A stretch of 63,928 nucleotides of DNA, filler included, from Choristocarpus tenellus KU-1152 (GCA_964200185.2; 10 parts of 10 records of this genome joined end to end with filler, not necessarily neighbours in it); one strand, 5' to 3'. Numbered from the whole stretch's first letter, positions 38,763-52,116 are shown. Translations and numbers: made by a program. The notes: generated from the sequence alone by a model not told the origin.

Positions 38763-38979
38763 ACAATACAATGCCACAGACAACATACATTCTAACCCTA
38801 AACCTAGAAGAAAGGTGTCTGCATCACGGGTCACTCTACCAAAAACCATCTTCAATATAACCCTAACCCTAAGCTGGACTGCCCGATGCTCTGTCTGTCT
38901 TTAAGACTTCAGGATTATATGTAACAGTATTAACATCCATGATAAAAACCTAGAATTTTTCAAAAACTAAATCAAAGCA

Positions 38980-39200
38980 GAATTGATATATATGCATTGA
39001 TAGTAAATAGTACTGATATATACCCATAAATTGATAGTAATTAGTTTTGATATATATATAAATTGATAGTAAATAGTAATATATATACACATATATTGAT
39101 AGTAAATAGTATTGATATTTACATAAATTGATAGTGAATAGTATTGATACATATATTGATGGTATATAGTATTGACACATATATATATTGATGTATTGAT
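38980..39200. repeat. ~32-bp AT-rich degenerate minisatellite
   Basis: ATTGATAGTAAATAGTATTGATATATAC-like units. Confidence 0.75.
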
Positions 39201-39782
39201 ACCAAAAAAGAAGCATACACAAAAATAATCAATAATTTTTTATTATAATTCAGACTGTATTCTTAATGTTAAAAATAAAAATTTTCTTACACTGTATAAA
39301 TAGTACAACACATCAATAAAATACAAATAAAAAATAAAATAATATTGAAAAAAGAGTAAAACTAGAAACTATCAAATCAGAAACGTTTGTGGTCAGACTC
39401 CATTCCCAGTATCTACTCCCTTCTAAGCCTAACCCTAACCCTAACCTAGGAAAAATAATAGGATAGGATAAATAAGCGTCCAAAGCTGTCACCTCACTCC
39501 AAAGCCTTCAAACACATCTCACCCTTGAGGAAACTGCACCATCCAGACACCAGTCCCCTTCCCATAGGCGTGGCCAGGGCGGAGATGGCCAGGGCTATGG
39601 TGAGAACCATGTTCGAAACCTACAATGCATTGGTATATCATATCGATATTTATTATTATTGTCATTATTATTATTAATGTTTTAATATTATGTGTATTGT
39701 CTTTAAATATTCCATTATTGTTAAATATATTCCATTATATTTAAATATATTCTTGGGAGAGGGGGGGGGGGGGGGGGGGGGG

Positions 39783-39882
39783 NNNNNNNNNNNNNNNNNN
39801 NNNNNNNNNNNNNNNNNNNNNNNNNNTTAATTAATTAANNNNNNNNNNNNNNNNNNNNNNNNNNNNNNNNNNNNNNNNNNNN
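39783..39882. other. Artificial contig-joining spacer
   Basis: 44 N + TTAATTAATTAA + 44 N. Confidence 0.97.
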
Positions 39883-41231
39883 GAGGGTGAGGTGGTGGGG
39901 GGTGGGGGGGGGGGGGGTGGGGGGGGGGTAAATGAGTCCACGAGGTGTGTGTTATCATGGTAGGATGTGGATTAAGGTGAAGGTCCCCAAAAAGATTTTG
40001 ATATGAAGAAGGACAGGATGCTCCTTTGCATTGCTTTCAGGTGATGTGGAGTGGTTAGTTGGTCATAAGCTTACATTACACTTTTATTTCAATCTATCGC
40101 AGTGCTCTGTACCAACGGAGATTGTTCTAGGGTATCATGCTGTGAATTGTAGGGTCTTGTCTTACTGCTGCAGTGTGGCGTTTGGTTTTGTATGTGAGAA
40201 CGGACTTGAGAATATTTTTCCCCCCTTTATTGGCTGCGTTAAGCTGGTGTAGAAATACTTCTATGTAAGGTGCTTCTTGGGGGAGAGGCTTGTTTGTGTG
40301 TAAGAAGAATTTCGTTTGCTCCATGCTGAGTCATGCTCAACCTGAGAGAAATATTGTGTCACCTTGCATCAGGCGTTGTTCTGTTTCCTGGACAGCGTGA
40401 TTGATGCATTGATCATGCTTTTGGTGGGTGTTTTGTAACAGTATGTGCTTGTGCTTGTGCATGTACTCTCAATGACGAGCACAAGAATGACCTTTAGGGT
40501 GAGGTGTATGTGAAGTATTGATTTCGTTGGTATATATTTTGTATGTTGAATTCAGACAACCTGCTGTGGATGGTGTTGGTGGGCAGGGTTGTGCCCCCGG
40601 TGGAACTGACCATGTTGCGTATGCACTAGTATAATAGGTAGTAATGAGCAATGTATCACAATTGCATACAGTAAATGAAAAAGAAGCAAGGTCTTGCTTG
40701 TGTGTACTGGTTTATGCTTCAGTTTGATGAATGAGATAGTGTTGACAACAAACTGTCATTCTAGTTTGGATTACTACTGTAAGGTAAGTGCTATAATGTT
40801 GAGGTAGAAGGATTGGTGTGTTCATCTCACGGCATGGTAAGTACCTTGGGGGCATGTTGTAATAGTAGCAGTGAATTTTCCTATCTACAGATAGGGTGCG
40901 GAGGATGCCTTAAGGGTCACTCGGATCAGATATCGATCTCCCAATGCCCTTGTCATTGACATGATCTTTGCCCCCTTTCCCAAAAGAGGTTTAACCAATT
41001 AGAGCAGAGGCGTAGGATGTGATCCCACCTAGATAAGGGTACGAGAACTTTATCTATATGTTTATCTTTTTCTGCATCGTCTCTATAGTAGCACAGTATT
41101 GTCAATAGTGAGGAATTACTTGAGAAGCCACCATGGAAGGAACAAAGGAAGCAAATCATTGTGGGAATATTGATGAGTGATTCTCTCAACGAGCTAAAGT
41201 AAACAATCGGTACTCATAGTTACATTTTAAG

Positions 41232-41452
41232 ACTGCTGATAAAGATGCGCAAAATTCGAAATTTTCTGACAACCACGTATGCGAACGTTTCTGAATTGTG
41301 GTGAAACGTTTCAAACAATAGAGAAACCAATGCTCTTAAGTCAAACTTAGAACTTGACTCCTGGAACATAGGTGAATCGTAAAAGATTGTAAGAAACTGG
41401 ATTGAAATGTAAGACGACCAAAACCTGGGTAACCCTCATTTGCTTTTGCTCG
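41232..41452. repeat. Old dispersed repeat, diverged partner of 53377-53592
   Basis: Colinear anchors TGCTGA.AAA, CACGTAT, AGAGAAA..ATG.TCT.AAGTCAA and ACCTGGGTA..CATTT.CTTTTG. Confidence 0.55.
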
Positions 41453-42505
41453 ACGCAATGTGTAATATATGTGTGCGATCAATAGCGTTTAGTAATATTA
41501 TTCTTTACCCAATAAGTTAAAGAGGAGCAAAGCTACTACCCTAATCAAACGTACATACCATTTAAAAGGAAGTAGGGAGCCTTAGTGCATCAAAGAGTAT
41601 TGCCATACAAGACAATTTGGTATTGTTGAGTTTGCCATCCTCAATAGTCGGTAATCGAGTGTTAATCGAACACGACTTCCACTAACAATGATAACCAAGT
41701 TTGCCGCTATCCATGAATACATGAGCTCTCTGCTTATTATGCTACATCTTAAAAGGAGTGCCTGAAAGACATAACAATTGTTGTTGTTCTATATAGTACC
41801 AGAAATACGTTTATCATTCTTCACTCACTATTGAATTGAGTAATGATTGGACTATCCATGGAGTTGATATGGAGTAGTTGGAGAGTTAAAAACACAAGTC
41901 AGAACAAATATTTATGTAATATTATATGACATACATATATTTTCGTACTTTCTGCGAAGATCTTCTATAATGAGATGAATGATGAGACCTTCCCAATACT
42001 GCAATTAGGTAAAAAAAGCTCCATTCATATTCCGACTCCATTGCATGTATAAAGAACAAAATGACCATTACCACTATACTAATATAACTGAACCCTTCGT
42101 GTCCCATTAACAGTTTCAATGTTTACAGTTAGTTGCCTGGCTGGAGTAATTCCACGTCACAAGGAGCAATCAATATTATTTTTAACAGTTGGTCCCATAT
42201 TCAAATTCGGACGACAATCACGAAATGTTTATCGTCTCTACAACTACTATTTGATACAACTACATGGAGTGTCGCCATGACCAATCATATCCTTACAAAA
42301 GACAAATGGTCTCATGGTGTGTGGAGTGCCAAATAGGCCATGGACCACCACCAAATCCTCCGAAAACATCTCATACATTTGTAGTACTATGCAAAATCTC
42401 CGCTTGCCGCAACCCTACAAAATATCCAATGTGCACCCTTGATTTCTTCCAGCGTAAGCCCTAGGCCTCAAGGTAGTGGATGACCAACTGGACCAAGAAA
42501 GTGTA

Positions 42506-45500
42506 TCAAATAGTCATCTTGCAACCTTTTTGTAGTAATCTCTCCAGTTTTGTCTTGCTTCCTGTGGGGAAAATGTTACAAGAAGTATCGTCATGAATGA
42601 TTAGAATACAGACCTAGATCATATCCTGGTGGTTGGTGAGGTACAGTTCACAACATTCTGCTAACGGTGATATTCATCACTGTTATCATGTGCACTACTG
42701 CCCTACCATACTAAATGTAAAATACTGTACTATATATCACCATCCATATCCACCTCATCAACACTGCAGCAGACACTAGAGATAAAGAAAAAAAACCCTA
42801 CAAACTTATCTTCAAAACAAAAAATGGAATATAATCAAGGGGGAAGACACACCAATGGTCAACGAGGATGCAAGACCCCCAAGGAAATATCCATGACCTA
42901 CATAAAATATGATAAGGCAGCGACTAGCTTCAATCATTTATAAAAAATCACACACAAGTAGAGTCACACCTGGTAGGTGTTTGAAGTGGACCAGTGGAAA
43001 GAAAACCATGAAACCTCATTTCTAATTCGAATGCAGTTTGTACATTCCGTAATCACAACGCTAACAACATTCAAGGGCAATCACGGAAGAAGACAATACC
43101 TCACTTCTGTTCAATATTTGATTGCTTGTACCAGTTAACACTTCATAATCATACACTAATGCCACATCTTCTGCACCAAGACACACTACTCAAAACATCC
43201 TACCCCTCTAGAACACAATAAAGGAGTGGAGGTGAAAGGAAGGGGGATCGAGTCAAAGATACATCTACTGCAACCTTTGGGTACCCTGACACAATGTTCC
43301 ACCGCTAGACTACATAGGATTATCCACTACTCTCTCCACTCCGACCTATCACACACAATACCAAATCGCCATACATGCATTGTGGCATAAATAGATAAAG
43401 GGGTTTTAGTCAGCACTGAATCTATCAAAATACCTCAATTTCATCAAGTGCATTGAACATCTGATACAGTCTATCCACCAAGTTATGTCAAATTCTGCAC
43501 AACAGATTTCTTAAACAAATATTCAACAGTCCCATGGATGTGTGCAAGTAAGAAAATATCCAATCCAATCGAACCCTCCAATTTCAATATCTTCTGCGAT
43601 ATTTGCACCTGATCAATCCAACCATTTAAAACTCAAAAAACAACAAGCATCTTACCGACCAGCTTGTTCTCATGAAGATAACAATCCTTCAGTGCGACCA
43701 GTTTGCCAAGCTCCTTAGGAATGTGCCCTGTCAATAACAAAAATAACAACGATTGGTCAAGCTTCCACACTAAACTAACATCAGTTATGCTTTTCAAATA
43801 TCAAGTCCTGCCCATCCACTATGATCTCGAGGTAATATATGTGAACACAAAGTTAGGCACATAGAACTGCATGAGGATAGAAGAGATGTGTTATACACTC
43901 TCAATATACCTCGGTGTAAAATACCCGTATATATATATATATCCAACGAAATACATGTCATCATTGACCTCCAAATTACTTTCATCATTGCACCAGAGAA
44001 TCAAGCAAGGAGTAAGTAGAGTATGTGAAATATTCAATTGCAATGCTTACAACATAGTCCCCAACAAAACAAGATGCAACAATCTCTCCATTTCACCATC
44101 ACCTACCCCCTTTGCAGATCATTACACTCCTGTCCTCTTCCCAACATAAAAAACAGCAATCACCAACAGCAATAGTGAAAGCTTCCTACCAATAACAGTT
44201 CCAGCACACAACCTATACCTATAAACTATTCATTCCTACACTAAAACAATACTCACTAGTTAGCTTGTTACCGCTGAGATCTAGAAGTGTTAGGAGCTGA
44301 AGGTTGCCAAGTTCTGGTTGGATTGGACCTGCCAAACAACAGTGCACGGTGGAGCAGATCTGCTTTAGTGAACAACCACCAACATGTCTTCCCAACCGTA
44401 TCATTACATCAAATAATTGGATTGCTTCAACAAATTACACCTACTAGGCTTACAAATATAGCTTGTCACTGTATGTTCGGAGTACCTCTGTGGGAGGGAT
44501 ACATCACACTAAACAATGGAATGACAGGAGATGGCACTATTCACACACACTCCTCTACCTCAAAATTACACCAGATGGTCCAAACCTCTAACGAACATGC
44601 TTGTACAGGAACAAATATACACACCAAAAAGACATGATGAAAAGAAGATACTGCAAATACATCTGAGTGAAAGTATCTTAGAGGGTGCGAGTTTTGCCCT
44701 GTTTGTCCATTTGGGGCTTGGCTTCCCATGGGTGTGTATATGAAATGTTCCTATTCCAAAATATTTAGGAGTAGGTAAAATATATGCGTTATGAAATGGT
44801 GTGTCCAGAATATGGATACTGACAGCAACAATCACGATAACCAAAATTACACCAAAATCGCAACATTGGATTTTGGCCCCCAAATGGACGCGGCTCTATC
44901 CTCTAAGATACTTTGGTATAGATATACATACAATGTACCCACTCTTTTGTTTACTGGCAGAAAAACTATCACTCCCCAACTATGATACACAAGCCTTACA
45001 ATAATCAACATAATATGTTGGTTCACCTAAGGTTATTGGAGACTGGTCACCTCTACTCATCGTCATGCTCTATAGCAACAACGAATACTTAACAACCACA
45101 GCAAAACAAAAAACACCTGTTACAACTTATGCATACAAAACAAATCCCATCAAGGAAATATGTTCAACAGACAAACTATCGTGTGTTTCCACTTAAAACA
45201 CCAGAACCAGCCATAAACAGTTCAACTACGTGGCACAAAATGTCACAAATATGACATATCTCGTCGTTCTTCCAACAAAGGTGCATGTGAGGAGTAAAAC
45301 GGGAGAGGGACTGACGCTGTACAGATACTCTTGGGGGTATGGGTATGTCACAAACATATACACGTGACATAAAAAGAGAGCTGGAACAAAACACTAAATT
45401 GCTCAAACCCTTCATAACCATCACTCCTACCCCTTCAAATACTTCAAAGAGGTGTACTTAGAAACCCCAGACCAACGCAAAGTCCCCACCTACAACAAAA

Positions 45501-47013
45501 TCATACGCCAAACAAACATCCAAACAAAGTTGGACAGGGCATTCCGACCATGCACAAAGTATCAACGTTGGCACTTCTCAAAAATATCTATCAATCATGA
45601 GGGGAGACAATGACTCTCAACCAAAACCTTTACTTCTCTAACACATCAATACACAGCCCCTACCCTACATCTTAAACTCCTCATTCACTCCAAAACATCC
45701 CTAACACCAGCCACTCTCAGAAGAGTTGTCACATGATATGCAAACATTTACACACACTGCCATAGAAACGTTTGCCATACCCCCATAAACACCTCACACA
45801 ATAACATCTTTGTGACATACAACGGTTTAACCTGTTTCCATAATCCGACTCTCTTCCTTTGCACTCATCTCAAACAATTCAAACCAACCTATATATATCC
45901 ACACACCACGACTGCTGCATAGTTAACAAATGGGAAAGATCGAACAAAACCTTGCAGTATGGAGATTCACATCATTTCACATACACCACCATCTGCGCAT
46001 GTCAAGATCACCTGTTCTTGGTTTCCTCCCAATACAAAAATCAAAACCCACTTATCCACAATATTTAAAAAAATGCCAACCAGCAACAACAGTTCAACAC
46101 ACAAACCAGAACTATCAACCATCCTTTTCTACACCTAAAACAAGATTACCCATTAGTTTGTTAGAATAGAGTTGCAAGTCTATTAGGCTATCAAGCTTGC
46201 CAAGTTCTACAGGTATCGAACCTGTCCAACGACGGAACATTTTGTGGAGTGGGTCTTTTTACAAATTGACCATCAAGTCATGTTTCGACACATACCTGCC
46301 ATTCACACTATTTGACTGCCTTAACATATGCCATGTACACTATACACAAGTTAATCTTGTCACTAATTTCGAATGTTGTGGTACCTATCTCTTCCACAAC
46401 TCAAGATCTACCTCATCACCCACTTCTTTCACAATCCACATCATACCTCTATGCAAATTCTACCATTAACACATCACGCAAAACCCTATCTTCACTCTGT
46501 GGTACTATGTTAGACAAACCTCACCAAACAGTCTATTAGTACAAATTTTGTACTAAACCATACTTCTTCCAACCATAACTCACCACCACTGTCACCATAC
46601 AGCCAAGAATTGCAGCAAGCTTTACCCTGGACAGATTGAATAACTGTACAAATCTCATCGGCTCCTCACAGCACACAAATGAAAGTGTCAAAGGCACAAC
46701 ACCAGAGATAATTCTACACCTACAATCATTTGCACCCCATACAACTCCATAACCTCTGCTGTAATGGAAGTATAGGCTCCTCGATTCCAATGCATCTTCA
46801 ACATAAAACAACACTCAAACCAACATAAACAACAAGAACAGAATTAATCTGACCATCACTGAAAGCTCCCCAACAATAACACTTCCAACACACAAACCAT
46901 AACTATCCACCATTCTTAAATACACTTTAAGTAATACTCACCACTTAGATCGTTCCCATATAGATCTAGAACTCTTAGGAGCCTAAGGTTCCCAAGTCCT
47001 TGGGGAATCGAAC
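42506..47013 (-). CDS. 3' part of a leucine-rich-repeat gene: four 72-nt phase-1 LRR exons (47013-46942, 46221-46150, 44328-44257, 43727-43656) and probable terminal exon 42561-42506
   Basis: GSIPQGLGNLRLLRVLDLYGNDLS, GSIPVELGKLDSLIDLQLYSNKLM, GPIQPELGNLQLLTLLDLSGNKLT and GHIPKELGKLVALKDCYLHENKLV are each exactly 72 nt between AG and GT. Then GSKTKLERLLQKGCKMTI*. Confidence 0.88.
44665..44916 (-). mobile_element. MITE family B in LRR-gene intron
   Basis: GAGTGAAAGTATCTTAGAGGGT...CCTCTAAGATACTTTGG; absent from the paralogous intron at about 47290. Confidence 0.88.
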
Positions 47014-47770
47014 CTGCCTAACAACAGTATATAATATCATCCCATTCCAGAATTAGACTGCCTCAACAAATGACATCTAGTTGACATAACATTGCATCTT
47101 GTCCCTGTATGTTTGAATACCTCTGTGGCAGGGATACATGACACCAAACACTTGCATGACAGGAGATGACGCTAATCACATGCTCATCTCAAGAACATCA
47201 CGCCTGTATCACAAACCTTCTAACATACTTGTAAAATAACCAATAGAAATGCCAAGATAATATATCCTGAGAAAGAGATAATGTAAATAAATCTGAAAAA
47301 AATATATACCCAATATATATTCAGTCTACTGCCAGAATACAAACTATCCACATCCCACATTATCATAAACAAGTCTCGCAATAATCGACACAGAAAAATA
47401 TAGATTCACCTAAGGTTGTGGTACACGTGTCACCCCTAACAGACCCTATCATGCTCTAGCAACAAGGAAAACTCAACCATCACACAGCAAAACACATCTG
47501 TTACAACTTATGCACAGGAAACACTCCCTACCAAAGAGATATATTCAACAGAGAAAAATTACCGAGTGTTTCCCTTTACAACATCAGAACCAGCCAAAAA
47601 CAGCTCAACTGGATGATGAAAAATGTCGCAAATATGACATGTCTTGTCATTCTTCCACCAAAGGCGAATGTAAGGGCAAAAAGGGAGTAGGGCTGACCTT
47701 GTACAGATATTCATGAGGGTATGGGTATCACACAAACATGTAAAAGTGACATAAAGAGAGCTGAAACAAA

Positions 47771-47920
47771 CTCTCAAAGTATTTTGGGGGGGGATAACTG
47801 TTGTCCATTTGAGGTCAATTTTATTATGTCGCGACATTTGGGTGATTTGGTTGCATACGTCGGATGGATAATGTAAATGCACTCTCCCGCATTTTGGTCC
47901 AAATAGACACAGTTGTGTAG

Positions 47921-47955
<35 letters not shown>
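47771..47955 (-). mobile_element. MITE family A copy running into poly-C contig end
   Basis: CTCAAAGTATTTTGGGGGGG...GGGTGATTTGGTTGCATACGTCGGATGGATAAT...GTGTAGACCCCC. Confidence 0.85.
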
Positions 47956-47959
<4 letters not shown>

Positions 47960-48008
47960 CCACACCCCCCCCTCCCCCCCCCCCCCCCCTTCCTTCTCCC
48001 CTTAGTTT

Positions 48009-48108
48009 NNNNNNNNNNNNNNNNNNNNNNNNNNNNNNNNNNNNNNNNNNNNTTAATTAATTAANNNNNNNNNNNNNNNNNNNNNNNNNNNNNNNNNNNN
48101 NNNNNNNN
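48009..48108. other. Artificial contig-joining spacer
   Basis: 44 N + TTAATTAATTAA + 44 N. Confidence 0.97.
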
Positions 48109-49198
48109 TACCCTGTTCCTCCACGAAACGCGGCGAAATGGGCTGACATATTGGCCTCACGCCCATCCCTCCCTCGCTCCCAACTCCCCAAACTGGCCAG
48201 GTCGACAACTGCGTCTCAGAGAACAAGAACAATTTTTTTCTCGGATACACAGGGCTGTTGGTTGCGGTGAGTGTAATTCGTGTTGTCGAGATACATTTTA
48301 TGATGGTGGGGCACCCGCACATCAAAATCGATCAGATCTTCTCCAGGTAATTAGGCAAGATACATATGCAAGTTCGATAGCCACATCATAGTGTTCTTAT
48401 ATGGACAGATACAACCTCGAGTCTTGCAGCCCACGCTTGTTGCATTCCTGGAAGGTTTATTTATGGTTGCACGCTGTAATTGATCGATTGGCTTTTGATT
48501 TCCCCACAACGAAATTTACCTACAAGAGCAGCTGCCTAAACTGTTTCGTAACATACTCTCGAAACAAAACAATGAAAAAAAATGTACGCATCACGAAATT
48601 TTATATTGATTTTTCCATATACATGCATCAGAGCATGTGCCTGCATATATATACACCATACCTCTCACCGCGTGTTCCCTGAGCGCATTCGTGAAACCTC
48701 ACGCCTGGTAACAAAGTAGCATTCATACATCCATATCGTTGATGTCCTCGTGCTCATGTATTCCACCTTCGCAGACGATGAAGCCGTTCAAAGAGCGAAA
48801 CACGAGCAAAGCGAGACTGTGCGACTTCTCCAAAAGGCAGGGGAACGAGATTTCGACCCCCCAGTCCATTGGCTTCCCACTGATGACGATGGCGCTGGAA
48901 CTAGCACCGGCGACGTCGAAGACAACGACCAGGGCGAACGTTCAGGTGGGGGGGATAATCTCGTTGATAGTGACAATGATCTCGGTGGGTTCGAGGAAAC
49001 ACACTCTTCCTCATCGGACAGTGACAAGGAAGAACCTGGCTCCCGTCGACAGGGTTGGCTTCGTACTATGTTGACATCGGGGAAGGCAGGTTTGCCTTTT
49101 TTCTGGCAACGGAGGCGCCGCTCTTGGTCGGCAAGGAAGCCGAGCCCCACAAATGGACAAAAAGGGAAAAATTCGTACCCTCTAAGATAGTTTCACTC
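48109..49198 (+). mobile_element. Second, internally deleted copy of the Sola-type transposase region ending in a family-B TIR
   Basis: 48109-48650 is the reverse complement of ~7580-7045 (VDNCVSENKNNFFLGYTGLLVAVSVIRVVEIHFMMVGHPHIKIDQIFS). It then jumps to the match of 6300-6247, followed by a further exon from 48775 (DDEAVQRAKHEQ...GKAGLPFF). It ends CAAATGGACAAAAAGGGAAAAATTCGTACCCTCTAAGATAGTTTCACTC. Confidence 0.8.
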
Positions 49199-49450
49199 CG
49201 GTTGGTCATCAGATGTGGGGGTTGACTGGAAATCAGTGGTGAAGGGGTTCACCCTGGTTGGTCATCAGAGGTGGGCGTTAGCTGGAAATCAGTGGCGAAA
49301 GGGGTTAGCACTGGTTGACCATCGCAAATGGGGGGGGAGGACGGCAAAACTGTGGCGAAGAGGTCGCACTGGGTGGTCGTAAGTGGGGTTACAATGGGGA
49401 GAAAAAGGGGAATAGTTGGATTGCAAACAGAGAATTCGTGACAAAACAGA
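49199..49450. repeat. Dispersed repeat family D (partner of 1490-1760)
   Basis: GGTTGGTCATCAGATGTGGGGG.TGACTGGAAATCAGTGGTGAAGGG units. Confidence 0.75.
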
Positions 49451-49660
49451 CCTGACTGTCTTTGCACATGTTGGAATCTGGTCATATTTGTGACAGAATT
49501 CGAGTTGGTCAAAATCTGACTTATGTCAAGAAGTTTGTGTATATAAAATATGTATGTCAGGGTAAACAATAATGTCTAAATAAATCAAAGTCAAAGCAAT
49601 GAATCAGTAACTGGATCCTGCCATCTCTAGTGGTTGAATCTGACATACTCCACTTCAGAG

Positions 49661-51361
49661 ATGGAGTTAACCCCGGTTCATGCTGCTGCCAGTCGAGGGA
49701 GTGTTAGATCGCTGAGACAGCTACTGGCGACTGGAGAATACTTTAATATACGGGTAGAGAATGGTCAATCACCCCTTGACCTTGCTGCTCAGGAAGGGTA
49801 TGTGGAAGTAGTCCGAGAACTGCTCGATGCTGGGGCAGACGGTGCAGCCTCTTCAAAGGATGGCTTATCTCCTCTTCATTATGCCATTCAGAGGGGTCAC
49901 GTGGATGTAGTGCGAGAGCTTCTGGCGGCTGGGGCAGACGTTGAGGCGCAGGTCCAGCGTGGTGTATGTCCCATTCATCTTCCTGCTTTCTGCGGTCACG
50001 CACAGATTGAACGAGATCTTCTGGGGTTGGGCAAACCTAAGAGCACAATTGGAAAATGGTTTCTCTGTCCCTCATTCTGCTTCTGGAACGGGAACGTAGA
50101 GGTAGTGCGGGACCTGCTGGCAGCTGGGGCAGATTGCACATCACAGTCGAAAACCGGTTTCTCACCCCTTCATCTTGCTGTTAAAGACGGTCACGTGGAG
50201 GTAGTGCCAGAGCTACTGAGGGTCGGGGCAGACAATGGATGTCGGGTACAGGATTTCGCATCTCCCCTTCATATAGCTGCTGAAAAGGGACACGGAGGTA
50301 CTCATAGAGCTATTGGAGGCGCGCGCAGATGTGGGAGCGCCGCAATCAGATGGCACATCTCCTCTTCACACTGCTGCTTCCAACGGACAAGTAACGGTAG
50401 TGCGAGAGCTGTTTGGGGCAGGGGCAGGCATTGACCTACGGAAAAAGGACGGCTTATCGGCTCTTCATCATGCTACTCTTGCAGGGTATGTGGAGGTGGT
50501 GCGAGAGCTGGTGAGGGCTGGTGCGGACATGGAGCACAAACAGAGAACGGGTTCACGCCCCTTCATTTTGCCTGTCTTGCACGGCAAATGTAGATAGTAC
50601 GAGAGCTGGTGAGGGCTGGGGCAGACGCTGGAGCACAGACAGATCAAGGCTTTTCGGCTCTTCATTATGCCGCTGTAGAAGGGCACGTAGATGTAGTACG
50701 GGACCTTCTTGGTGTTAGGGCAAACATTAGAGCGCGAACACAGGAGGACTTCACTACCCTACATTTAGCTGCTGAAAATGGACACGTAGGTACAGTACGG
50801 GAATTACTAGGGAGTGGGGCAGACTGTGCACCAACAGGTGAGCACGGCTATCTTCCCATTCACATTGCTGCTGAAAACGGACATGTTGAGATAGTGCGGG
50901 ACCTACTAAGGGGTGGAGTAGACATTGGAGCACGGGATGATGATGGTCCATCTCCCCTACATGTTGCTGCTCATAAGGGACACGTGGAGGTATTGACAGA
51001 GCTTCTGGAGGCTGGAGCAGATCACAGGCTGTTGACAAAAGATGGTATTGCACCTCTCCGTTGTGCAGTGCATTTTGGCAATGTGTTGGCAGTACAGGAG
51101 CTGCTCATGGCTGGTACAGATCCAAGGACGGTGATGGACTGGAATTCAAATTGTGGTAAGAAGACATCCACCGCTGCTATGGTCAACAGAAGTATCCAAG
51201 ACCTGCTACGTAGGACCCCTGTACTCTGTGCCCAACCCTGGCAGTTTCCTTGTGTCCTAGATCAATCCTCAAAAGTGGGTTCCATAACTGGAATTGTTTG
51301 CAGGATTCTTGCGAGTCAGGAAGAGATGCAGGGAGTTGTTTATCGCTACATATTTAGATGA
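49661..51361 (+). pseudogene. Ankyrin-repeat protein (roughly 14-15 repeats), uninterrupted by introns, frameshifted
   Basis: Repeated G.SPLH.AA..GHVEVVRELL.AGAD motifs spread over three frames (ORFs 49634-50434, 50313-50597, 50609-51361). Confidence 0.9.
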
Positions 51362-52116
51362 GGAATGTTGTCATACTTCAATCAATTCGATGCTGCGGTA
51401 TAGTTGGGACCCTATTAATCCGACTTTGTTAGTCTTACCAATGTAGTGCATTGGATCTAGGCAAGGCTGCGTTTGAGGTTTTCCTGCCGCCACCCTTCTC
51501 TTCTGACATCCCTAACAGGGAGAGAAACTGCCTGAAACAAGTGAGTTGAATTATGTGCGCACAAGTGTATCTTTCTCCTTATGAAGTCCAGGTACAAAGC
51601 AAGCATCTGGACTTGACAATAGTACCCTCCTGACAGCCAATTATGCACTACAGCCCCAACCCCTGCTTCCCTTCTTGCTCTTATATCCTTGGCCAGGTGC
51701 ATGTCTAAGCAGTGACCCAGGTGCTATGGTTGAGTCTGTGTATAGGATTACATTTTGCGTGAAACATTGTTTCCGCGTTGGAAAGAACCATTACGATACA
51801 ATCAGATGCGGGGAATGAATACTGCCCATCCCGACCTGGGCGTCAGCTGATTTTTTTTTTGTGGAATCCTGTAGTGTTTGGAGGTGACTCACATGTTGCC
51901 TTCTACTATGGGCAGTACTAACTACTTTGAGGTATATGGTTGAGAGGAAGTGTTCTTGCCATGTACTATTTTATATTTTACTCTGGAGTGCTCTGGAGTA
52001 GTTGTAGCATGTGGAGACTAGATGTGGAGCAACCTTGCTCTTTGTGAATCGTGTGATTCTGTGGCGGTGTGGTTCACTCAGGCAAGGGTGGCGAAGAGAA
52101 TCACCGGGCAAGACGG

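Noticed and set aside
49634-51361. Ankyrin gene as cargo of the Sola-like element, or a provirus
   Set aside because: It lies outside the TIR ending at 49198, and no viral core genes are seen.
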